Below, in pieces: positions 56,211-64,000 of a stretch of 64,000 nt of DNA. A program made the translations under genes and the position numbers. Within the stretch, counting starts at the first letter, position 1; the number at the start of each line of letters is the position of its first letter. This DNA comes from Octopus vulgaris (taxonomy: Eukaryota), in the NCBI GenBank assembly GCA_951406725.2, contig OX597834.1, positions 7,874,001-7,938,000 on the forward strand, given 5' to 3'. The notes under the pieces are model-generated. The model ran no database searches and was not told where the DNA came from. It saw only the letters and a list, made by a program, of their open reading frames with translations.

Positions 56211-56763
56211 GTCAGGTCACTTACGAGTGCTACTAGTAACATGTAACCCTGTACAACCTGTTGCATGGTCGACTCGTCGGCAACTAAACGGGCAACCCCA
56301 CCAAACTTGCTTGGTGAGGAGTGTGTATATTGGACATCCTACGGGATGAAAAACAAAACTTACCAAAGGGCGGGGGAAATTTTGAGAGTCAAGGGCCATT
56401 CATTAAATGTCTTAAGGCTGTATGATGCGCGGGGACATAGAAATAATCGGACTGAATACCCGATCGCGCGGTTAAACCATTGGGAGTGAAGGACTCCTAA
56501 CCTATGTTAGGCATCCTTCTAGGAGAAGGTAACTCATGTAACTGGGATAACTCTGACATAAAACCTGCGGCTCAGTCGTTACCGATGATGTTGACTTGTT
56601 CTTCTTTTCGGATTATGGCTGCTGTTGCTTAGTGAGTGGGATTGACTCAGTGCACAGCTTTTACGCACTTTAAAAAAAATCTTCTTGCACAGGCATTGCA
56701 CGATAACAACATTAATAAAGCTTCGTGCAAATGGCCGTACTCGATAACGAGGGGGCAGCTACC
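56211..56763 (+). mobile_element. Non-autonomous element with RTE-like 5'UTR motif; partial second copy at 56786-56900
   Basis: ctaggagaaggtaactc..ctctgacataaaacc resembles the RTE 5'UTR motif; 5' end repeated at 56786; 3' tip ggccgtactcgataacgagggggcagc repeated at 58896. Confidence 0.55.
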
Positions 56764-57009
56764 ACCGTGTATATATGTATGTCATGTCAGTTATGAGCCT
56801 CTCATAAGTGCTACTGGTAACACGCAATCTAGTACAACCTGTTGCATGGTCGGGTTCTCGGCGAGTAAACCGGCACCCCCACCAGGCTACCCTGGTGAGA
56901 ATTTAATACTCATACACATACACACTGACAGATGCTTGCGCTTACACTTTCTTCTATTTCCCCATAACTGTAACTTCCCTTCCGCTTCTGTTTCTGTCTA
57001 TTTTCCTCT

Positions 57010-57385
57010 CGGCCCAGTGGTTAGGGCAGCGGACTCGCGGTCATAGGATCGCGGTTTCAATTCCCAGACCGGGCGTTGTGAGTGTTTATTGAGCGAAAAC
57101 ACCTAAAAGCTCCACGAGGCTCCGGCAGAGGATGGTGGTGATCCCTGCTGTACTCTTTCACCACAACTTTCTCTCACTCTTACTTCCTGTTTCTGTTGTA
57201 CCTGTATTTCAAGGGGCCGGCCTTGTCACTCTCTGTGTCACGTTGAATATCCCCGAGAACTACGTTAAGGGTACACGTGTCTGTGGAGTGCTCATCCACG
57301 TGCACGTTAATTTCACGAGCAGGCTGTTCCGTTGATCGGATCAACCGGAACCCTCGTCGTCGTAACCGACGGAGTGCTTCCATCC
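57010..57385 (+). mobile_element. SINE family C head with family D tail
   Basis: 10-bp TSD attttcctct (57000-57009 and 57386-57395); tail matches 38587-38766. Confidence 0.9.
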
Positions 57386-57552
57386 ATTTTCCTCTTACAC
57401 AAATTCGATTGACTTCTTTTCGACTGATTTCTTTCCCGACTATCTCCAATGTACTTTATTTTCCCTTTGTTGACTATATTTCGAATCTCAGAACTGTGGA
57501 ATCTTCAACAAAATTATTTTCTCTGTCAGTCCGTTTGTAACTGTCTCTCTGT

Positions 57553-57606
<54 letters not shown>

Positions 57607-57659
57607 TAAAAACGGTTCTTCTTCTAAACGTTCTAACATATTTAGTGTTAACAATTCCT

Positions 57660-57860
57660 CTCTTTTACTTGTTTCAGTCATTTGACTGCGGCCATGCTGG
57701 AGCACCGCCTTTAGTCGAGCAAATCGACCCCGGGACTTATTCTTTGTAAGCCCAGTACTTATTCTATCGGTCTCTTATGCCGAACCGCTAAGTGACGGGG
57801 ACGTAAACACACCAGCATCGATTGTCAAGCAATGCTAGGGGGACAAACACAGACACACAA

Positions 57861-57907
<47 letters not shown>

Positions 57908-58134
57908 TACGACAGGCTTCTTTCAGTTTCCGTCTACCAAATCCATTCACATGGCATTGGTCGGCCCGGGGCTATAGCAGAAGACACTTGCCCAAGGTGC
58001 CACGCAGTGGGACTGAACCCGGAACCATGTGGTTGGTTAGCAAGCTACTTACCACACAGCCACTCCTGCGCCTACACAGCCACTCCTGCGCCTACACATC
58101 CACTCCCGCGCCTACACAGCCACTCCTGCGCCTA
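57660..58134 (-). mobile_element. SINE family A with its 5' 20-mer repeated four times
   Basis: Full copy; cacagccactcctgcgccta x4 at 58055-58134. Confidence 0.92.
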
Positions 58135-58591
58135 ATATAATATTCCTCAATATAATATTAGTATCCTTTCCTCCCCGGACTTTTCGCCGGTTGAACCTTT
58201 ATCGATCCTCACCGGAATTTCCATCTATGTTCTTTTAAAATTCCGTCTCCTACAGGATTTTAAAAACGCTTTGATATAGGTGTTGTATTAACTTTTTCTG
58301 CATTTTTTTTCTTTATCACTCACTTCTCACCTTCCTCTGATCTCCGTTCTCTTTATTTTCATTTGTCTTTTTTTTTTTTTCATATTTCTCTATTCTCTTT
58401 CTATTCCTTACACTCCTTTATGCGTCGTACTAATTTCCTTATCTCAAAGAACACAAAGTAATTCCTGTACCAAATTTTATTGTAATTATCTCCAGATTTT
58501 CTCTCCTTTTTTTTTTTTTCGCTTTTCTTCTCTCTCCGTAAACGCAAATTTTTTCCCCATCTTTCGTTTCCTTCATGTGATTTTCTCAAAC

Positions 58592-58894
58592 AGAGAAAGA
58601 AAACTCCCAGCAATGGTTGAGAAGCTCAGGACTCAAAGCAGAGACAGAAGGATTTATAATTGCAGCACAAGACCAAAGCCTCCCCACCAGAAATTACCAA
58701 AAACATGTAATGAAAAGAAATATAACAAGTAACTGCAGAATATGTGGAGATGGACACGAAACAATAAATCATATTATCTCTGGCTGCCCAGTCCTGGCTA
58801 AGAAGGAATATTTTCACAGATACGACAGAGTTGGGACCTATATACACTGGAAACTATGCCAACATTATGGAATAACAACAGAAAAAAGATGGTA
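58592..58894 (+). pseudogene. Internal Dong/R4 fragment (CCHC region), near-identical to 53120-53415
   Basis: LRSSGLKAETEGFIIAAQDQSLPTRNYQKH..CRICGDGHETINHIISGC..YIHWKLCQHYG. Confidence 0.92.
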
Positions 58895-59186
58895 GGGCCG
58901 TACTCGATAACGAGGGGGCAGCCACCTCACTCACATACACCTACATACAATTTGGTCGCACATTCCACATGCCTCTTGGCTTCTCTTTTACATTTCTCCC
59001 GGGTGTATATTTTCCTCGTCACGTCTGCACTTTCTTTACATACACATATGCTCCAATCCCTCACAAACGTACTAAACTCCGCAAATATAAATTCGTGACA
59101 GCTCATCTCTACACACACACGCTCATGAAAAAAGCTCTTTGGTATATAATATTAAAAGTTCACCACTTTAGAGGATTATATTAAAA

Positions 59187-59585
59187 CTCGCAGTATCGCC
59201 CGGCGTTGCTCGGGTTTGTAAGGGAAATAACTATAAAGCATTTTTAGAGAGTTATTGCCAAAAAACAGCAAAAAATGCATTAAAAATGGAAAAAAATTAT
59301 GGTAAATGTTTTTAAAAATCGTTGACTCATCGTAGACATTTTTAGAGAGTTACTTCCCTTATATAATAGAGAAAAAATGCATTAAAATGGAAAAAAATTA
59401 TGGTAAATTATTTTTAAAATCGTAGACTCATTGTAGACGCGCGCTAATACGCAGAAGGGCTCGATATGAATCACGACTATAAGATACCCGGTTTTGGTTA
59501 AACTGCACCGCAAAATGTGGGAGTAGTTAGGGATCTAAATCGTAGGAGACAGACACTCACACAACTTCACTTTTATATATATAGA
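59187..59585 (-). mobile_element. Non-autonomous Helitron
   Basis: Same family as 11381-11777. Confidence 0.87.
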
Positions 59586-59912
59586 TTACGTACAGACCGA
59601 GGAAACAGAGTAAAGTGAGAATACCTCATCGATATTCTGACTCACATGTTTCTCTATAAGTAATCCGAGAAATAGTTGAAAGTCAATCACAAGCAGTAGA
59701 GCAACATGTCACCGTTTATATTTTGATGGTTCATCGGCAGCTTTTTATAACCAAAGGACATTTTTCTAGAATGTTCATCTTTACATGGAAGGAGTTGAGT
59801 TCATTTGATCCTATGCCAGCCGATCTAAATGACCAGCTACATTCACGTAGAGTTTAATGTCATTTATGGTAAGATTATTTTACCAAACAAGTCTTTCTGT
59901 TTAATGGTACTA

Positions 59913-60304
59913 CTAGCAGTATCGCCCGGCGTTGCTCGGGTTTGTAAGGGAAATAACTATAAAGCATTTTTAGAGAGTTATAGCCAAAAAATAGCTAAAA
60001 ATGCATTAAAAATGGAAAAAAAATTATGGTAATTTTTTTTAAATCGTTGACTCATCGTAGACATTTTTAGAGAGTTACTTCCCTTATGTAATAGAGAAAA
60101 AATGCATTAAAATGGAAAAAAATGATGATAAATTATTTTTAAAATCGTAGACTCATCGTAGACGCGCTAATACCCAGAAGGGCTCGATATGAATCAAGAC
60201 TATAAGATACCCGGTTTTAGTTAAACTGCACCGCAAAATGTGGGAGTAGTTAGGAATCTAAATCAGAGTAGACAGACACACAACCTTACTTTTATATATA
60301 AAGA
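59913..60304 (-). mobile_element. Non-autonomous Helitron
   Basis: Same family; intact CTAG and TC termini. Confidence 0.87.
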
Positions 60305-60611
60305 TATAATCAATAGCACAAAATTCTGTTGCAATCACTATGCAATGCATGTATTCTGAAGCAGAAGATTCCCTTGCATATAATATAATAGGTTCACCAT
60401 TTCTTTGTTGACTATTCGAAGAATCTTCAGTCGTATACACAACTACAGCTAGAAACTGTTTTTGTGTATATCACTTGAATTCGGATGAATTTTATCATCC
60501 TTATCCTTTTCTTTTGTATTTTTGTTTTGATTTCAAAGAAGAGATAAAAGAATGTGTTATAGATAGCATCATATTCAAAATGTTGTTTCCATTGTACCGC
60601 GTAGAAGTACA

Positions 60612-60905
60612 TGACCTAGTGGTTAGAGCAGCAGACTCGTGGTCGAGGGATCGCGGGTACGAATCTCAGACCGGGCGATGTGTGTGTTTATGAGTGAAAC
60701 ACCTAAACCTCCACGCGGCTCCGGCAGAAGCTAATAGCGAACTTCTGCTGACTCTTTCGCCACAACTTTCTCTCTCTCTTTCCTCCTGCATCTTGCAGCT
60801 CACCTGCGACGGACCCGCGTCCCGTCCAGGTGGGGAACCTATACGCCAATAAAACCGGGAAACCGGCCCTTATGAGCCAGGCATGGCTCGAGAATGAACA
60901 AGCAA
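60612..60905 (+). mobile_element. SINE family C head with a third tail type
   Basis: gtggttagagcagcagactcg head; cctgcgacggacc..gtcccgtccagg and gaaaccggccc..tgagcc tail. Confidence 0.75.
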
Positions 60906-60979
60906 CAAAACATTGTACCGCTGATCGCAAATTCAAGGCTGGCCATCGAGCTACAAATTGTCTGGTATCTATGTATACA

Positions 60980-61362
60980 CTAGCAGTATCGCCCGGCGTT
61001 GCTCAGGTTTGTAAGGGAAATAACTATAAAGCATTTTTAGAGAGTTATAGCCAAAAAATAGCAAAAAAATGGAAAAAAATGATGGTAAATTTTTTTGAGA
61101 GTTAAAAAAGGTGGAGTTGCGTCCCCTAGACAGTTTGTGGTTTGTGTTTCTGATTCTCGACCCCATGTCGAATTTATCGATTTTTTTCAGAACTGGGGGA
61201 ACTTTTCAAAATTTTCGCTGCGTTAGTTTTGAATTATGACATTGGGCTATGTGTGTGTCAAGTTTCATCAGAATCGGTTGAAAGCCGTGGTCAGGGTGAG
61301 GGTACGAGAAAACAGACACACAGAAACACACACAGACAAACTGCCGTTTATATAGAGAGAGA
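60980..61362 (-). mobile_element. Non-autonomous Helitron, third subfamily
   Basis: Shares ~120 bp of the 3' end with the main family, then diverges; TC start at 61362. Confidence 0.8.
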
Positions 61363-61908
61363 TGTATGTTTGCGTGCATGCATCCATTTCAGTATATATA
61401 GACATAAGAGTTTTTATAATGACATTTAGGCTCATAATCCGTGATAAATTGAATCCTATAATTAAAGATTAGAAAAATACAAAAGGTCGTCTAATATCGA
61501 CCACACTTAAGTAATTATTGGAGTTCCTATAGCGGAATAAATGTTTTAAAAGACGAGCATAGGGATTGCTGTCATCCAATAACGCAAAGCGCAAAACGAA
61601 TAACAGATTGCAAGAAAATTTAGGACGAATAAGATTGTAAAGAAATTTTAAGATTATATTCCCAGATTACTAACATATTTTCTATCCAATAATCATATCT
61701 ATTTACTCACTGTTAAGATTTCTGTATTGGTAATAAAAAAAAATGACATCTGAAAGTAAATAAATTATGTTACGTCTTCAATTAACACCAAGTAGGCAAT
61801 AACACGACTGGAATTTTTTAGTCAAAATTGACAGGCTGTCAACAGAGACATGCATACATTAGCTTAATCTATGTAAGTATATATGTGTATTCATGTGTCT
61901 GCGTGTGT

Positions 61909-61984
<76 letters not shown>

Positions 61985-61994
61985 ATGTCTATAA

Positions 61995-62063
61995 GAACGT
62001 AACAACAGACGAAATACGGCTACGCATTTCGCCCGGCATGCTAACGTTCCTGCCAGCTCACCG
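61995..62063 (-). mobile_element. SINE B head fragment
   Basis: cagacgaaatacggctacgcatttcgcccggc..gccagctc. Confidence 0.75.
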
Positions 62064-62832
62064 AATATTGAATTAGTATTATTTTTATATTTAGTTAGGA
62101 AGGCCAGTTGAAGGCCTCTATGTTTGGAGAAAGAAATGGCAGTGTAACTTTAAGTTTGAGACCAAGACAAAATGAGGCCAGAGTTTTTTTTTTTTTTCTT
62201 TTAACCAACTGAAGTACTACGTCTACTTGGCAAGCAGATTGTAGCTGGATTTGACCGCAGAAAGGAAAAACACGGAAAACAATGCAGCTAGACATCTGGT
62301 CTGGCCTTGTGATAGTTCCATCAAATAACCAAATTACTGTCATGAATTTGTACATGCATTCTATCAAGCAGAACGGTTCAAAGCTAAAATTGATCAAAGC
62401 TTGATCAGTAAGACGTGAAATTAGAGCGGAGGAGCAGATTCAAACATCGCGTTTTAACCTTTCTGCTAATTGGCAGCTAATGACTTAATTGGATTTGCGA
62501 GTATATACAATTCTTCATACGATACTAACTGTAGACATGTAGTAAGAACGTCTAGTGTGAATTTATTGTGAGAGACTAACGAGTTTACTGTTAGTCTCAC
62601 TCGTACTGTTCAATCAATCATTTTAAACATGGAGAGAGCTATCATGATGATTTGGAATTAGGCAAACAAATGCACGTGACTGTTTACTTTAGCTACGCTG
62701 AGGTACGGTTTTTAAGGGCAACAGTGGATGATACCGACTATAGTAGTGGGATAGATACCATCTATTGTACCCTGATCCCAAATTACTGGCTGGGCCGATA
62801 GGTTAAAAAAGAAATATTTAGTATTATAATTC

Positions 62833-62940
62833 AGGCGCTGAGCTGACAGATTCGTTCGCACGCCGGGCAAAATGCTTTGTGGTATTCCGTCCGTCTTCCC
62901 GTTCTGAGTTCAAATTCCTCCGGGATCGACTTTGCCTTTG
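62833..62940 (+). mobile_element. SINE B 5' fragment
   Basis: ggcgctgagctgacaga..gttctgagttcaaattcc..tcgactttgccttt. Confidence 0.75.
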
Positions 62941-62999
62941 CTCAAAAGATCCCACTGATTTTTCTACGTTGAATGCGAAAAAAAAAACGGCAAGTGGTT

Positions 63000-63560
63000 T
63001 TTGTAATGTGACACAACATTTTTTTTCTTTTCCTCAAATTTAGATAACGTTTAAACTTCTTAATGATACAACGTATGGCAGTCATTTCATATTTCAGAAT
63101 CAAAGGTTTGATATCAGGACCCCGATTTCCTTTCACAGGTTAAATACACATATGTGTATTCTACACTCGTTTTTCGCGTGCCTAATTTCGTCGAATAATC
63201 TTGTAAAGTATCTACGAGGATTCGCTATCCTCGAACATACAACTACAGCTCCCCAAACTCGCAAGACTGTTATTACTATGACATAAGAGGTTCATCATCA
63301 TGGTCAAAGACCTGTTGGTCGATGGCTTCCTTTTTGAATTGCTCGATCACTGCTATCTCTATATCGCTGTAGAATATGTTAATTGGAAAAGAGTTTTGGA
63401 GTCCGTTCCCAGCTATGGTCGCTCTTCAGTTAAAGAACATTCTTTTCATCTACTTTTCCAATTTCAACTGAGTACAAAGAATTCAATAGTTCTTACTTCC
63501 ACGAGGGTTAAGGCAAGATTCTCTATTTTGTGTTATCCGTCGTATTGTGTTGCCCACTTT
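63000..63560 (-). pseudogene. Possible decayed Gypsy RT-RNase H fragment
   Basis: EMTAIRCIIKKFKRYL resembles ELLAVVWAIKKFRxYL; a GAV motif and an LTEE motif lie in plausible order. Confidence 0.4.
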
Positions 63561-64000
63561 CTGCAGCGGACCAGTAACACTTGCATGTTCATACGAACTC
63601 TACAAATATACGTATCACGTCTGCTCGCCGGGCGTAAACTAAAGCAACTGTTATGAGGAAATAAAAGTCATCATCACAACCAAAACCATTCCTTATATCC
63701 ATTGTAATGTGCTTTTCCCAAGCATTGCATCAGATACAAGTGAAATATATTTTTTTCGGAGGATATGACAAATATAAATCTCCTTTAAAATTGTTATATT
63801 TCAAGTTCCTTCAAACTCAAACTAAATGGTGATGCTGCTACTGCTGTTGCTGTTGAGCGATGCAACCTTCGTCCCAGAGCTCGCTGTGGGAGAAGTCCGA
63901 ATCGAGGTCCTTTGCTATTCGTAAGACCCGCAGAAGAGAAAGCAGGTCAATCACCGACACCGAGGGCATCAACGGATGGATGAATGCGCATCCAGGCTCA

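Noticed and set aside
58055-58134. 20-bp direct repeats and 184-bp arrays as CRISPR-like arrays
   Set aside because: No unique spacers, no cas genes and a eukaryotic context; the units are SINE-derived.

Overview
AT-rich eukaryotic (metazoan) DNA saturated with microsatellites and transposable-element relics. No host protein-coding exon, rRNA, true tRNA or CRISPR array could be supported, so the window is probably intergenic or intronic. The tRNA-derived SINE families resemble those I recall from octopus (coleoid cephalopod) genomes; this is inference, not a database result. Contents: a 5'-truncated Penelope-like element (RT + GIY-YIG) and several other PLE remnants, Dong/R4-like RLE LINE relics in (AAT)n tracts, RTE relics, three Tc1/mariner relics, six non-autonomous Helitrons, about 25 SINE copies from four families (my labels A-D) and weak Gypsy traces. 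Three observations stand out. (1) Several short (TA)n-anchored elements carry minimal type I hammerhead-ribozyme motifs, one with a canonical core at 44663-44696. (2) SINE B appears to insert into its own family at one fixed internal site, giving nested copies and ~184-bp head-to-tail concatemers at four loci. (3) A mariner carries a TSD-less inverted copy of DNA lying 5 kb away. Almost all ORF-track entries are microsatellite artefacts. All alignments were done by eye and boundaries are approximate unless a TSD or terminus is quoted.
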